A DNA stretch of 64,000 nucleotides, taken from NCBI GenBank assembly GCA_043228905.1, contig JBHGNT010000001.1:31744001-31808000 (forward strand), in the 5' to 3' direction. A program made the translations under genes and the position numbers. The notes under the pieces were generated by a model that was not told the origin of the DNA, did no database searches, and worked only from the letters and a program-made list of their open reading frames with translations. Positions 1 through 21,900 of the stretch are shown here, in pieces (positions within the stretch are counted from its first letter, which is position 1; every line of letters begins with the position of its first letter). This DNA comes from Azolla caroliniana (Eukaryota; Plantae; Polypodiophyta).

Positions 1-441
1 TTAATTGATATAAGCGAAACTACATCCGGATAACATAACGCTTTGATATGGATTATGATATACAATTTCATTATAGAGTGCATTTAATTTATACACGCTA
101 CATTGGATATCTCTTTTGGTTCTATTAGCTCCTTCTCCACGATATGGAATAGACGTGCCTCACATGCGGAACATATACCAACGGTAGCTCCCAACAAAAG
201 TACCATATGATTATGATTGGTTGTTGAGAAAAACAAATGGAACATCAACAAATGGGTGTAGTGGAATAATCAAGGCTAATTGTTTAATAATGTTGAACCC
301 ATATCATAGCACACCTATTCTTTTAGCAATTTAGCTTTTCGGGTATATAGTGAACAACTCAAAACCGTTCATAGCAATATGTAAGGATCCAATCCATGTC
401 TCACATAAGTAAAAAGTAGAAACTAACAACTTGGTTGGATG

Positions 442-828
442 CTTAAGTGTTCGAGGCTTAATAATGTAGAAATAGATTGATTACATTACGTTGCCTTTCT
501 TTTTCGTCTAACAAGGGCCTGGCAAAAAAGACAAAGCTACTCACGTTCTTATGTGTATCCACTAAAATGATTGAAACTCCAAGCTCCAAAAAAACACCCC
601 CTTCATTTTGAATACTGGTAAATCTAATGACCCTTTTGACTATTTCATGAACTTTCTAAGCATCGAGGCTTAAGGATGTAGAAATAGATTGATTACATTA
701 CGTTGAGTTTCTCTTCCATTTAACGAGGGCCCAACAAAAAAAGACAAAGCTACTCATGTTCTTATGTGTATCCACTAAAATGATTGAAACTCCAAGCTCC
801 AAAAAAACACCCCTTTCATTTTGAATAC
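442..828. repeat. Direct duplication of a ~175-bp unit (about 442-616 and 656-828) downstream of UGT copy 1
   Basis: Both copies read ...cgaggctta..atgtagaaatagattgattacattacgttg...aaagacaaagctactca.gttcttatgtgtatccactaaaatgattgaaactccaagctccaaaaaaacaccc.ttcattttgaatact. Confidence 0.85.
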
Positions 829-1012
829 TAACAACAAAATCGAGAGCTTTAAACCAATAACTTTATAGAGCTCTAGTTTCATATTCGGATGACACCCATG
901 TGCAATGGAATCCATCTTTACATTTTGAGTAAGATATGATCCCACCAACATTCCCATTTCATTGTAATTTCCAATTCATCCTAACCAAAACCAATATTGA
1001 TCTAACTTTGAC

Positions 1013-3077
1013 CTAGAGGAAGCACGGCTGTGCACCAAGACTCATTTCCTTGATATCTTCGACAAGCTTGTTCAAACTAGACCTCGAATACCCAATCTCC
1101 ATTGCGCGTCTAGCTTCTTCTTTCATCTTCAATATCCTTTTCCTCACTTTTTCTCCCTCCGATGTATGCATCAATGTATTGATGGCTTTTGTAACCAAGC
1201 CCTTCTTAAGCTCAACTGCACTCTTTCCTACATCCATGGGAATGGCCACATTCCAATCTATGAGACACTTCAAGTTTGTGTTTTGCTCAGCCGCACGAGG
1301 GCACCCGATGAATGGTTTCCCATTCCAAAGGGACTCCAATATGGAGTTCCACCCACAATGAGTGAGGAATCCTCCAATTGCATCATGCGCAAGAACATCG
1401 AGTTGGGGTGCCCACGCAGTTACTCTACCCCTCGCTTTAGTCCTAAGAAGGAAACCCAATGGTAACACACTCGAAATGTCCTTACCAGATGCTAAATCGG
1501 GACGAATCACAAGCAAGAATGGTTGCAGGCTATCCTCAAGGCCTAGGACCAGCTCATGGATCTCTTCAAGTGAAAGCTTGACATTGCTCCCAAAGGATAC
1601 ATAGATAACTGATGAGTTAGTTTGCTTGTCGAGCCATTCAAGGCACCCATCATCCTCCGAATGTGGGCTTGCCCTCTTGTATCCTTCCAAAAGTAACGGA
1701 CCGATGGGATCAATAGGTATCCCCTCCAGCCGCAAAACATTTACAATATCCTTTTCCCATTCGTATACGGAATGCACAATGACTCGTTGGGCCTCCTTTC
1801 CCCGTGCACATGATTCGTGAATGAATCTGAAAAAGAATGGTGATCTGGGATAGGTTAAGTCGTAAAAGAAATCGCAAATTTTCCACGAGCCGAGTCCAGG
1901 TAAGGGGTCAAAATATGTGTCACCACAAGCACCTGAGAAAAAAGCAAGGAAGCATCTCATCAGGTAGCGTCTCTTCTAACAAATTCGCGCGCATTGGAGG
2001 AAGTTCTAGCTGAAATCCATCGGAATTTTTGTTTGATTAACCATACCTCATGAACAATCTATTAAAGTAAGCATTGACCATTAAAATTGAGCTATATTCT
2101 AGATTCCTTGAAATGACTAAACTATGTGGCCATATGGGCTCCTAAAAATATAAATGTGCTCGTCTAATAAGGTACAAGGATGTGGAATTGCATTTCTAAA
2201 GCCTCTAGGTAAGACCAATCTCTTGTGTTGGACATCTCCTTGCAATGATTGCTCGGTCTACAGAAAGACAACAAACAATGTGGCCATTATATAAAATTGT
2301 CCCTCGATATAGCATCTTGGGGCTCTTTGTTTAAGACCCATCGGAGATCTCCACTATTACAATGTATCTACCATTGCGATCTACACATGTATTGCATTGA
2401 TAGTTAGTTTCTCTATGCGAGAAACTAACTATCTCTTGTTGTAGCCGCTTCACGTGGCATGCATGACCTATGCTTCCAAGAGAAACAAAATAGAAAACCA
2501 GACGGCCACAAGGAAGACACTCAAATGAATATGTTGGTTGACATGAAGAGCTACCTGGCTTCACAGGAAGTTGACCATTGGCGAGTAATCGAGGAACATA
2601 GGAGCCCATGGCATATGTAGTGACAGAAGATGGCCAAAATTCAATCCTCGGTATGTTGAACTTGTTAGCCACATCTTGAGTCCATGTCAAGAAGCTGTCA
2701 GAGATGATACAACAAGGAGGAAGAGCATGAGAAGCACCATCTTTACTCTCAGCAACAGAAAGCTTATGTAAGAGCTCTTCTAGCTTCATCATTAGGAGAG
2801 GGAAGGAGTCCACAAACATCTCTAAAGATGGGCTGATAGGTACATTCTTGTCCATTGGATCTAGTAGATCTTGGATTACCTCAATTTTGATGCATTCGCC
2901 GAGGGTTGCTCCAGTAAGGTTATTGGTACTATTGTCGAAGAGCGACATGGTTCTGGCGGTGTGGATTAAGGTTATGTCTAGATCTCCTGAAGAGGCCAGA
3001 TGGGTAGCCAAGAGGCCCATAGGGTTGATATGGCCAAGTGTGGGGAAAGGAAACATGAGAACGTGTGGTTTGCTCAT
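1013..3077 (-). CDS. Family-1 UDP-glycosyltransferase, copy 1; 2 exons (3077-2555, 1932-1013), ~480 aa
   Basis: N-terminal HVLMFPFPTLGHINP contains the catalytic His and CIISDSF the catalytic Asp. PSPG box WAPQLDVLAHDAIGGFLTHCGWNSILESLWNGKPFIGCPRAAEQ. A phase-1 GT-AG intron (2554-1933) joins the two ORFs in frame (1443 nt). Confidence 0.93.
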
Positions 3078-3089
3078 GATTTTGGTCTC

Positions 3090-3148
3090 TCTTCTTCTTC
3101 TTCTTCTTCTTCTTCTTCTTCTTCTTCTTCTTCTTCTTCTTCTTCTTC
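3090..3148. repeat. (CTT/GAA)n microsatellite in the presumed 5' UTR of UGT copy 1
   Basis: About 19 perfect CTT units just upstream of the ATG at 3077. Confidence 0.95.
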
Positions 3149-4806
3149 CTTCTTCCTTCTTCCTTCTTTCTTGTATGTGGTGTTAGTAGTGCTAGATATA
3201 ATTGCATAGGTTTTATGCTGTTAAATACAGATGTAATTAGTTGTTCCCAAGAGAGAGTAATGTAAAATACACTAATGTCATTAGAAAGATGATTTTAAGT
3301 TATTGCTTAAGAGTATATTCTGAGTGACTCCTTTTCCTCTACATGGAACCATCGTGATGCTTAAAAAATTGAGCCCCAAAAGATAAGTACCTGTTTGTCT
3401 CACAAGTCACAACCACTTCTTCATGGATTACAAACCAGTAATATCATTGTCTTCAAAACCATACTAATGAATCAGCCACTAACATTTGTCACATTATCTT
3501 TTGTTTGACAATGTTAAAGTATGTGGACAAACTTACTCACTTTTGCCAAATTGGCATGTGAAATCTTTTAAAGGACGTATAAAATATTTTCTCATTGGGA
3601 AAGTAAATTGGGAAAGCTTTTACATTTGGGTGTACATACCATATACAAAAACATGAGGTAAAAACTTGAAATATAATGGTTCGCTGTTTTTATTATTAAA
3701 AGATTCAGCTTCACTTTTTACTTGAGAACCAACTTAAAACAGCTCGGTTCATGTTAGCAATAGACATCTAATTAGTAACAATCATGAAATGATTGGTTTA
3801 ATTTATTTACATGAAGTCATATATTGATGAACTGTCAAATAATTAATTGGCTTTATAGCAAGTCATTCATGAAAGTTACAATATCATAGACCATTTCAGA
3901 CATGCAATCAATCAAGCACTTTAAATTCAAACCTGTGCCATCAGAGCTATAAAAATCAAGTTACTAATTTATTATTGTTGATTTTATCTCAAACAGATCG
4001 GTCTCAATGTTTCTGGGCCTAGCCAACTTGTTTTTGTGAGGTCAGCCACATGACAGTGAATACACTCTCAGGGCTTGTACACATGTAAGTTGTAACATCA
4101 CCTTATAAATAGACAAAGTGCCTGAACTCCTCAGCATGGAGCATCAAAGAAGATAATTCATGTGATACCAATAATAAATAGTCTCTCAAATACACGAGAT
4201 ATGTTGCCACATCCTACCTTTCCAACCCTTTATTGTTGGAAACTAAAGGGGAATGACTATGTTGGATTGTACAAGAATAACAATGGCAATTTGTTGATAA
4301 AATAAAACACTATGTCACTAGAGAGATTTCATGAACAAGATGCAATCTCAATTAATACTCAAAACAGAGCAGCTGATGGAATAGTGTCATGGGTTTCTGC
4401 AATCGTAACTTGTTGGAGATGTTGTGGCATTCTCAGACACGTGTACAGAAGATTATAAATAAAATTACACAATATTGTCAAAACATCTTTTGATCATGTA
4501 AATAACCTTATACATTAGGAAGCATCAGCTCCTCAACTCTCCATTAATGTAACACTGTCCAAGCTCCACATTAGAAGCTGTCCAATGGTGTTAACACATA
4601 CAATAGATCTATCATCCACGTGAGGCAACTATTATATTTACATTCCAAAAAAGAATTGAAGCAACATAAAATTTCAAATTCCCCTGTTTTCTCAATCAAG
4701 CCATCCCTCAAGTAATAGCACATCACTTTTGATGTACTGCTTTCTTTTTAACAACTCATCATCAAAACTCTCAACTATAATAGGAGCTTTTGCAATACGC
4801 CAAAAA

Positions 4807-11611
<6,805 letters not shown>

Positions 11612-14600
11612 TTTTATCGCACTAAAAACGCTAATGCAGTGAAATAGAAAAATGCTCGACTAATAAAGAGCTTGATGATGACTTCAGAGTTCTAAATAAT
11701 CCATCTTTGGAAGGACGCATACAAAACAGAAAGTGTCTTCTTCCTGCCGGCTCTAGAAAGGAAAATTATAAATTCTAAACTGCCATAGTCACTCAGCACT
11801 GGCAGTGGATGGACAGAAACAGAGCATCTGTACTTTTCGGGGATGACTTCCTCTTCGTTAGTTAAGGGAATGTTTTTTTCATTAATCATTCACTCTTTTC
11901 TTTGTTTCTTGCTTTTTGCTTTTTGCTTTTTTCTTTTCATTGCCAAAAATTCAAACGCTGTTCGGTTGGACAAAGCTATATGTACATATATACATATATA
12001 CTTCAAGAGAAACTATACCCTTGGATAAGGCTAGATTTCATGTTTAAATGCGGTGTATCTCAATCGGAAATATATGTGTTGTTGTCGCATTGTATGGAGA
12101 AACTATACTCTTGGATAAGGCTAGATTCATGTCAAAATCCTCGCATGGAAATCCGAGCTCTATGTGGCACGATATCAGTGGTCCTAAATCCAAACAATGT
12201 CGAGACAACTAGCTTTTGGTTTCAATGCTCCGATAGAAATCCACGTTGATGTGATGCGTTGCTCAAGGTTTAGACAAATTCTTCTTTGTCTATTTATAAT
12301 AGAACCCTTTTGTGTGTGCACGTATCTACAGTTGTCGCTCGTTGTTCACACTTGCATAAAGGTAACAATAAAATTACCATGTGGATTCCAAATTAAGGCT
12401 CATCATCATCCCCCTAGGTAATTTCATCACACACGATGGAGAGAAGATGGAGAAGGAGAGGGGAATTAGCTATATTGTCATCATTTTCTAGGGTACGCGG
12501 GACATTTTACAACCATCAAAAGAAACAATGAATCTCTCGAACCATGTTGATCATTTGCATAAGTTTTGTTGCAACATGTTTACCATCAAGCACTCATAAA
12601 CCTTGCATTAATCACTTGTACTTGTATTGTGTGAATAGTTGTGGCATAACAAAGCAACTCGGTGGAGAAACTTGTCCTATCAAAGTTTTACATATATAAG
12701 CCTATGTCGGATAACCATAAAAAATATACACATATTGGTTTGTTAGATATTGGCAAGTGACTTTGTGGCATTTTTGGAATATCTCCTAAATTCACCACTC
12801 TTGACTGGTGAAGAGTCTCGTTCAATTATTTCAAAAATCCAACACTTTCTTTGGTCAACATGCAGTAGCACAATCATGTGACCATGGCCTATATATTTTT
12901 TACAAACCATTCCAATATAGGCAATTCATCTGCATAGTAAGTACCTTTGAATAATTTCTACATACTTATATTGATAAAAAACTTTGCACTAATTTACACA
13001 TGAAATGCATGAGCTTGGATATATGAAATGCACGAGGCTGGTAGGCTATCAATATATGAAAGCCTCATTGTTGTCAATTTATTTTTGGAAAGAGCTTGAA
13101 TGAGACAAAATGAGCTCAAACTTGAATTTTAGTATATCCCACCATAAACCTTTCCACGCTTTACCCATTTAACATCATCGAACAATCCAAATTCTATGAT
13201 TTTGAGTTTCGTGTCTCACTTTCACCAATGTTTTTTTAAACACATATAATAATAAGAACCTCTAGGGTTCCAACTTGGGAAGCACCCTACTTATTTTTGT
13301 AATTAGTGTTCTCGATAGGGTTCCTTTTGAGACTTGAAACTTGTGCATGTATCCCATCACGTAATACACGACGCAGAAACACAATAGTTATGTCATCTAA
13401 TTTGGATTTGTCATGACATGAATTTCAAATGTCAGACAAATACCAAATTTAATGAAGGGATTATGATGTATGATGAGCATTGTCAATACAAATGCCATTT
13501 ACATTCCATTGATAGTCACAACATGCACTCTCAGTTGTAACTTTCATTGGTAAATTTCTTGAACATTGAGAAATCACTTATCAGTTTTACACACACCATG
13601 TGACCACGATTCACTCTTGTTTTCAATGATCAATTTGATGTTTGAGGATGAGAATGACATCCATATATATATGTACACACGTGGACATTAGCCTCCATTG
13701 TTTATGTGGTCATTATTCATAATTTGAATATGGTCATGTTGGCCTCCACATTTACTTGCCCATTTTGGGTAGTCCAAGCATGCACAATATCTCCATATCC
13801 AAATAAGCATATATATAAGTTAGGCTAGCATTGAGATGCTTAAAAATGGACTTTGGATGTTAATATCTTCATGTCAAGGTAACCACCTTGCATGGTTAAT
13901 GATTTTCACTAGAAATAGGCGTGGAACCCATCAAACTAGAGGCCCTTATGAGAGTATGCAAGCATTGGTGAAAGTATCAAATATGAACCAACCTAACAAG
14001 AATCCCATTATAGTAGCAATGGTGTTATGCTTATGAGGATGGTTGTAATGTGTATATCTAGTCTCTAATTGTATTAATTTGTATGCAAACATTTGTGAGA
14101 AAGATCCAATGGTGAAACTTGGATATGCTTTTTATGGCTTCAATTTTCAGAATCATTTCCGGGTTCTAAATTTAATCACAATCATCTTTTGCCAAATCGT
14201 CAACACGTAATGGTGGTCCATGCTCTCGTGAATTGGACTCAACTAAGGTGTTCACATGTCATATAATGGTTAGGCACAACTTTGTGTCCGCAAAATGTGT
14301 TTTGGGGAGGAGAATCTGTTTGTGGACCAAACAACAAATTTGAGCACCACACAATCCATGGGCATCCATGTTAATGCATGACAATTGGCAAAATGTCTGG
14401 TTTGTGGAGTCTTGAACTCAAAACCATTTGAAAAAGTAACTACTGAAAATGAAACCACAAAATTGTTTGAGTGATTTCCAAGCTCAGATCAATTGGTTCA
14501 AAAGATTTAAAAACCATCAAAATGCAAATTTGTGGTTTGTCGGTTCAACGATTTGGTGCAAATCCCTATCCTTCAAAACCGTGGTTGGGTGTTAACATTT

Positions 14601-14922
14601 GTACAGTTCTTCAACGAAAGAGTTTTCCAACGAAATGTCGTCCTACATGTATAAACCGATGATAGAAGGAGAAAAGATTGGAGCTCAAATGTTATGACTT
14701 ATATTATGATGATACTATGCTATAGCCCTTAACTGATATGTAATATATTTCAAAAATATCCAAATCCTAAACCATTGAGTCGTTCAAACCGCAAACCGTT
14801 AATTCGTAAAGCCAATAAGGTATCCAAACCGAACACCTCTCTTTTGGGAAAGAAATCCAACCACCACCACTGGTCTCACTCAGGAAACAGAAGCTCAGTC
14901 ACTGGCGCAGGTTTTTGTGGCG

Positions 14923-17067
14923 ATGGCAGAAATCGCCCACAAGCCCCACGTCCTCCTATTTCCCTTCCCTACTGTTGGCCATATCAACCCTATGAGCCTC
15001 CTGGCCGCCCACCTGGCCGCTTCAGGAGATGTAGACGTAACCCTCATCCACACCACAAGAACCTTGTCCCTCTTGCAGCAGCAACAGAAGAAGGCCGGCA
15101 TCATCGAAGGAAGCCTCTCCAATGGCATCAACATAGAGGTCATCGAAGATCTATTAGATGCTGTAGAAGATAAGGGTGTGCCGCTCAGCCCATCTGTAGT
15201 GCTGTTCATTGATTCCATCCCTCACTTGACGCTGAAACTAGAAGAGCTATTGCATAGGCTTACAACATCTACCGTAGAAAAAGATAGAAGGTATCTTCCT
15301 CCTTGTTGTATCATCTCTGATAGCTTCCTGCCTTGGACTCAAGATGTAGCCAACAAGTTCAACATACCTAGGATCGAGTTCTGGAGCTCTTCTGTGACGG
15401 TTTATGCTATGGGTTTCCACATCCCTCAACTGCTTATGAAGGGTTACCTTCCTGTCAAACCAGGTGCTTCTTAATTCAACCATTTCATCGAATAATACAC
15501 TTTCCAAGTAGTCTTAAAGTTATGCTTCTGTTGATATCATACACATGACATGTCAAGCTATCATTTTGTATGGCAATAACCTTGCCCAAATGGACACATA
15601 GAGGATGCACATACATAGTTCTCGATCAAATGGTGCCATGGTATTTTTATCTTTCCACAAGCCCAAATGGCCACATAGTTTATCTTTCCAGGAGCCTAAA
15701 TGTTCACATAGAGTTGTACTTTCGCCCAATTGGCACATGCTTTTATTCTTTCAGGGAGCCCAATTGTTCACATAATGATGAACGTGTGCATGCTTCCTGT
15801 CAAATAGGCACATGGTTTCTCTTTTCTGGAGAGCTTACCTACATTTTGTGTGTTGTTATCAAGGATATCTATCTATCATCCAAGATATGATTACTTCTCT
15901 TTTCTAGAAGTTTTACCGGAAACCCTTGTATGTATACATTTTTGCTTTGAACGGGGACCATTGATTGCCAATGGCCATTTTGCCAAGCAAATCGAGGGCT
16001 TTTTGATGATCATGGTTAACATCAAAGAGTGTTCAATCTGTCAGTTGCTACAGGTAGGTTCTAGTTGTTGTGAAGAAAAATTTGGGATGTGAATGGGTTT
16101 TCTAGAAAAGAACTTTTTTATTATTATCTTGCTTGCGTTTCCAGGTGTGGATCAGGAAACACATATTGATTTCATTCCAGGCCTTGGCTCTTGGAGAATC
16201 AACGATTTCTTTTATGACTTGACAGTCTATCCCACATCATCATCTATCTTCAAATTCCTTCAAGAAGCCTATACAAGATGCAAAGAGGCACAACGAGTAA
16301 TTGTGCATACTGTATATGATTGGGAAAAAGATATAGTGCATGCTTTACGAGATGAGGGGATACCCATCGACCCCATGGGTCCTTTATTTTTGAAAGGTCA
16401 CAAGAGGGCAAGTCTACTTTCTGAGGATGATGGTTGCCTCGAATGGCTCGACAAACAAATGAACTCATCAGTTATCTATGCATCCTTTGGGAGCAATGTC
16501 AAGATTTCGCTAGAAGAAGTCCATGAGCTGGCCCTTGGTCTTGAGGATAGTCAACAACCATTCTTACTTGTGATTCGGCCTGATTTGGTATCGGGTAACA
16601 GAATTTCGGATGCCTTGCCAACGGATTTTCTTTCGAGGACTAAAGAGCGGGGTAGAGTAAGCACATGGGTCCCCCAACTCGATGTTCTATCACATGATGC
16701 AATCGGAGGATTCCTTTCTCATTGTGGATGGAACTCCACACTGGAGTCCATCTGGAATGGGAAACCGTTGATTGGGTGCCCTCGAGAGTCTGAGCAGAAC
16801 ACAAACTTGAAGTGTCTAGTGGACTGGAATGTGGCTATTCCAGTGGATGTTGGCAAAAACAAGGTGGATCTTAAGAAGGACTTAGTTACAAAAGCCATCC
16901 ATAAATTGATGTACACACCAGAGGGACAAAGAGTGAGGAAAAAGATGCTGGAGTTCAAAGAAGTAGCTAGGTGTGCAATGGAGAGTGGGCACTCGAGGTC
17001 TAGCTTGAACAAGCTCGTCCAAGATATCAAGGAAATGAGTCTAGGCAGAAAACCTGGCTTTTTATAA
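14923..17067 (+). CDS. Family-1 UDP-glycosyltransferase, copy 2; 2 exons (14923-15463, 16145-17067), ~487 aa
   Basis: MAEIAHKPHVLLFPFPTVGHINP; CIISDSF; PSPG box WVPQLDVLSHDAIGGFLSHCGWNSTLESIWNGKPLIGCPRESEQ. Phase-1 GT-AG intron at the same position as in copy 1 (after PVKP-G). Visibly paralogous to 1013-3077 along its whole length. Confidence 0.93.
15580..15835. repeat. Degenerate ~30-45 bp minisatellite in the UGT copy 2 intron
   Basis: Recurrent core gccca(a)atgg/tt(c)acacat(a/g) followed by tttatctttcc/ttctttc, about 6-7 times. Confidence 0.6.
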
Positions 17068-17342
17068 GTCAAACTCTCATCATTGTTGGGGCATGCTTGG
17101 TTTAGAGTGGCTGGAAATCACAATGAAAAGAGAATCAGTGTTGATGGGATGAGTTCTCCGTGGAAAGGCGATCTCTATTGAATAAGACCAATAAGTTCTC
17201 AATTATATTGCTATAGTTTGAATTGTAAAGTCCCTGAGCTCGTATCTCATACATGGGAGAGTAACTGTAATCAATGATCAAGGCTGATGGGGGTCCCAAG
17301 GAGCAACTCCAAACTGTCTTTAGGGGATAATGAAGATAATTT

Positions 17343-17655
17343 AAGTATAATGCAAGTGTCCCATTATATTAACGTGCTAGAGTAAAATATGAAGCCACTT
17401 TTGATTGGTGGCTAAGCTGTTGAGATCTGAGACTTACTTTGGGTTTAATTCTCTATTAAAATATTTTTTTTTCAACTTGGAATATATTTTTAGGTTTCAA
17501 TTTTAAAGTATAATGCAAGTGCTGCCTTATATTAACATGCTAAAGTAACAGGCGTGTAGACTTTTGATTGGGTGCTAAGCTGTTGAGACCTGAGACCTAC
17601 ACTGTGTTCGATTCTCCATTAAATTATTTTTGTTTTCAACATAGAATATATTTTT
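17343..17655. repeat. Tandem duplication of a ~160-bp unit downstream of UGT copy 2
   Basis: aagtataatgcaagtg...ttatattaac.tgcta.agtaa...acttttgattgg..gctaagctgttgaga.ctgagac...ttcaac...gaatatattttt occurs at about 17343 and 17506. Confidence 0.8.
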
Positions 17656-18917
17656 GCACCAATTCAAATACTTGTCAAGTACAACTATATTATTTTCATA
17701 AAAAGGAAAGTTTACATAGAGTGTTTTGGATTATGAATAGGATGTTAATTAAAATGAAGAAATGAGATTTGTTATGAAAAGATATGAAGGGTATTTACTA
17801 GTGATGTAAATTTGCACTATGTCCGATGTGTTATTGGAAACAGAAGAATGAGAGTTGAATGTTTTTAGTAAAAGAAACAGTCCCTAACTGATGAGTATGG
17901 CTGCCCTCTCAAATGTGACAGCGCTGAGGGTAGTGGTATTTAACGTGTTGATTCTGTTTATGAGACAATAAGCAATGATTGGTAAGTCATTTTCGAATGC
18001 CCAAATGTGTCAACAATACCCATGTTGTCTTTTCTTTGTAGATTTGCTCAAACCCCTTTCTTCAATTTCGTGTTCTTATTTAAGGACTACCCTTCATGAG
18101 AAAAAGATAATAATGATGAAATCATGCATGATGAAGCATAATGATAAAACACACAGTGAAGCTGAAACAATTAAGAATAGTAGCTCACTGTCAAGCACAT
18201 TAATAGCTAAACATTCTCTGATCAACCACACAATTTATTACATCTATTAAACATAACCTTCAGAATGAATGGGTTATCAAATATTTCCATGTCTACGCAT
18301 CATATTTTATGTCCTTGAAAAAAATCATGTTTTTAGGCGAAAAACGGGAAAACAGCCATTACTGCAAAACTTTGATTGCATACATTTGGAATTAAATGAG
18401 AATATACATTCTTGGTAGTATACATGTATATCATTTGTTGAATTGGAGTTCAATTTCACAAATGTAATACTATATATCTGTTTCTTGTAAACCAATGCAG
18501 ATCTTGTTTATCTAATATTTGATCAAATATTATTACTTTAATTGGAGATGGCCTTTACCTTCAAAACTAGCATTATATTAGTGTAGATTATGAATCACTC
18601 AACTTTTTGTAATGAGATAGCCCATTACACCAAGCAAAATCCTAAAGAAACTTGGCAAGTGTAACCCTAGGAACGGGTCAAATTTGTGAGCAATTAGCAT
18701 ATGAAGGTTCTCTTAATATTAGAGCTTTTGCCTTTACTGGTATACATTGATTGCATCATGAACTCAACTCAATTATCCGCATAAAAATCATACAAAACTC
18801 AACCAAGAATGGGCCCAAATAAATGAATAAAGTTAAGTGGCATCATTAGATGCCATCATGCAAGGATAGAACATTATGTTTTCTCACCATGCAAGCATAT
18901 AACTTAAAACATGAATT

Positions 18918-21900
18918 TCAAGAAATTTTGTAGCTTGGGTTGACCAGGTTTTCTAGTCCAGATACAACTTTTATGGTCTCTATTACATCCCCTACCTTGA
19001 GATCTGCAAGGAGCTCCTCATTCTCAGTAACATAACCAAACACCGCATATCTTCCATCAAGGATATTTGCATTGCTAGGAGTAAGTTCACTCTCCTTCAA
19101 CAACCAGAATATTTGGCTAGATGCAGAGTTATCTTCAAATTCCTGATTAACAAAACAGAACAAATTAAGATACTATTCCACATACTCATAGCTCTCTGTA
19201 AAGGCCATTGAGACCGACACCCCTGTGCACCCAAAGGTTTTGTTGTCAGGAAATCATAGAAACTATTTTCTAAAACTCAGATATAAAAACTGACATTTCT
19301 AAAAATTAGATACATAGCTTGGTCAAAACGTGTGATATAATTGGTGAATTCCTTTTTTTCCAATTACTTACATCTCTTGCCATTGCAAGTGTTCCAAATG
19401 CATTGAAGGGAAGCCTTGTCGAGGCTTTATATCGACCCAGTTCCTGTAAAACTCAATGAGAATGATTCTATCAACAATTTAAGCAATAAGTGAGACAAAA
19501 AAATAACCTTAAAGATCACAGGATATGCCATCATCACCTCCAAAGTGGCCTCATATGTGGGTTGCTTATCTCCGATAACCATTATTTCCAGTGGTATAGT
19601 CCTAACTTTGTCAGTGCTTGGATCAACAAATCCTTCAGCAGGCCCATCTGGGTCACCTGTCTGGACTACAAAACCATCCGCTGCAAGCATAATGACAGGA
19701 TCTCTCTCTCTCCCCCCCCTCGTTACTTTACCAGACATACAAGATTGACATGGATGTACTTCTGGTTTCACAGGTTACTTTGGCCTTGCGAAAATATTAA
19801 TATAACATTTCCTTTGTCCTTCTGTACCTTAAATATACCATATAAAACACCTTGACTGCACTAGACTAAACCTAGCACGATGAGGTTGTAGAAATATTAT
19901 CAGTCCACAGCTCACTGACAAAATAAAGTTGAACAAAAACTAGCGCTGTGGCTAATTGAAATCTGCACAGAAACTGTGACAAACTAACTAAATGAAAGAT
20001 GCCAACTTATGCATCTGTGAGAAATCACAATTAACAAGAGGTGTTGGGTAGGTTCAAATAACTACCAGATCGTGTCTAAATACAGTGGGATAACAAAAGT
20101 TTTTTTGATTATATTGTGGAATGCCCATGTAAGGATTTCTCTCTGTCTCTCTCTCTAGGATCATGGGTTTATGTGGTGGCAATCCTATGCAAGGGTCTCA
20201 CTCACTTACTCTCTCCCTAGGATCTTAGATGCTTTGACTGACTCCGTTGTGGTATGTCCATGGGAGGATTTCTGTGTGTGTGTGTGTGTCTCTCTCTCCA
20301 GTATCATGGACTTATGAGGCGGCAATCCTATTCGAGGCTCTCCCTCCCTCACTCTCTCTCTCTCTCTAGGATCATAGATTCTTTGATAGTCTGACTATGT
20401 TGTGGCATGTCCACGTGAGGATTCATCCATAACAATCAAATTTGATGGAGTAGCATTTAGCATAATGAAATCCTTTGCCAACAAAACAAGAAGTCCAACC
20501 TACGAGCATGAACTCACTCAGGAAGTGACAATGAAGTGAAGGAAAACTATTCTCTTGAGAGTCCCATAAAGTTTTTGGAGCTCCATCACATGGAAGAAAT
20601 TGCTTTAGTGTAGTGGTTGTAGAAAAATCCACATGAAGTTTATGTAGCAAATCCAATTGCACAGTAGAATACAGGTACAAGGAATCATATTTCAAACTTT
20701 GTCTACCACTAAGCAGTTTCTGGCAAATGAGAGCATTTTTTCCTATTAATGACATGCACCTTTCCATAATAAAAAAGCAAAGGTGTTGAAATTTAGCAGA
20801 GAGAACCTATGCATGTTCAGGATGAAATGCAAATATGAAATGATGGTCAAAGCAGCATGTTACGAAAGAATGCCTTAGTCATCATTCTTTTTCTCTTGAT
20901 GGGGGGATGGAGTTAAATTCCCCATATGATATAAACTAAAAACATTTAACGTGAAATCACTAACCTCTTTGAATTTCCATGCCATCATAAAAATGCCTTT
21001 CTACTAGATCTACGAAATTCCCTGCAGTTATTGGAGCATTGTAACCATCCAAAACCATCTGAAAGATCACATCCTTCAAGTTGGGATTATCTTTCACTCG
21101 GACTTTCATCTCAACTCTTGCTCTTCCCTTCAATATGGGCTTGCTGGCATACTCTTCAGGCACCTCAAATGGAAACTTCTCAACCATGGCCTCCTCTAAA
21201 CTGCAGAAATGCAATTCCCCAGGAACATTTCAGCTGCAGAGAATAATGGAAAAAATATCCCCAAATGAGAGAGACCCAAGAGCCAACAGAACTAAGAAAA
21301 GTTACTAGAAAATGCATATGACTTCATGAGACATGAATTGAATTAAACACTGTGATGTGTAAGAGTCCTCACTCGCCCACAATGTACAATAACTGCTTTT
21401 GCTTTGGTGCAATCTCATCCCTTTTCTTATCCTCCACAATCTTTTCAAACTCTTGGAGTCCAACACTAAGTTTTTCCAACAACTCCTGTCCAGTTTCTTT
21501 CTTTGAGTCACTAAAGCTGGCCAAAATTGCAGACTTGTTTTGATTAAGTGCCCTTGCAGCTTGCCGAACATTCTAGAAAACAAACCAAAGACCCCTTAAG
21601 CATCTTATATTTCACATCGTTCAGTGCATATATACCATGAACAAGCAAAACAAATTAATTGATATACCACTTCCTGAGTATTTTGTATTTGTATGCTTCA
21701 GCACATATTACCTTCCCCAAGAATTCTTATATTTGAAACTCTTTCCTAAGTCTTCTTGCCTTCGTGTACAATCATATATTTGAGAATATACATATGTAAT
21801 CACATCCATCAGTACAAATATACACGGAAAATAAACTAATTCACAAACCCTTCCAACAGGATCAAATGCCTTTGCTCCTGACAGCTTCAGGTTATCGGTG

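Noticed and set aside
4505-4630. Exon-like block downstream of the LUG stop codon
   Set aside because: It has AG/GT borders but no coding signal; a 3' UTR exon cannot be supported without transcripts.
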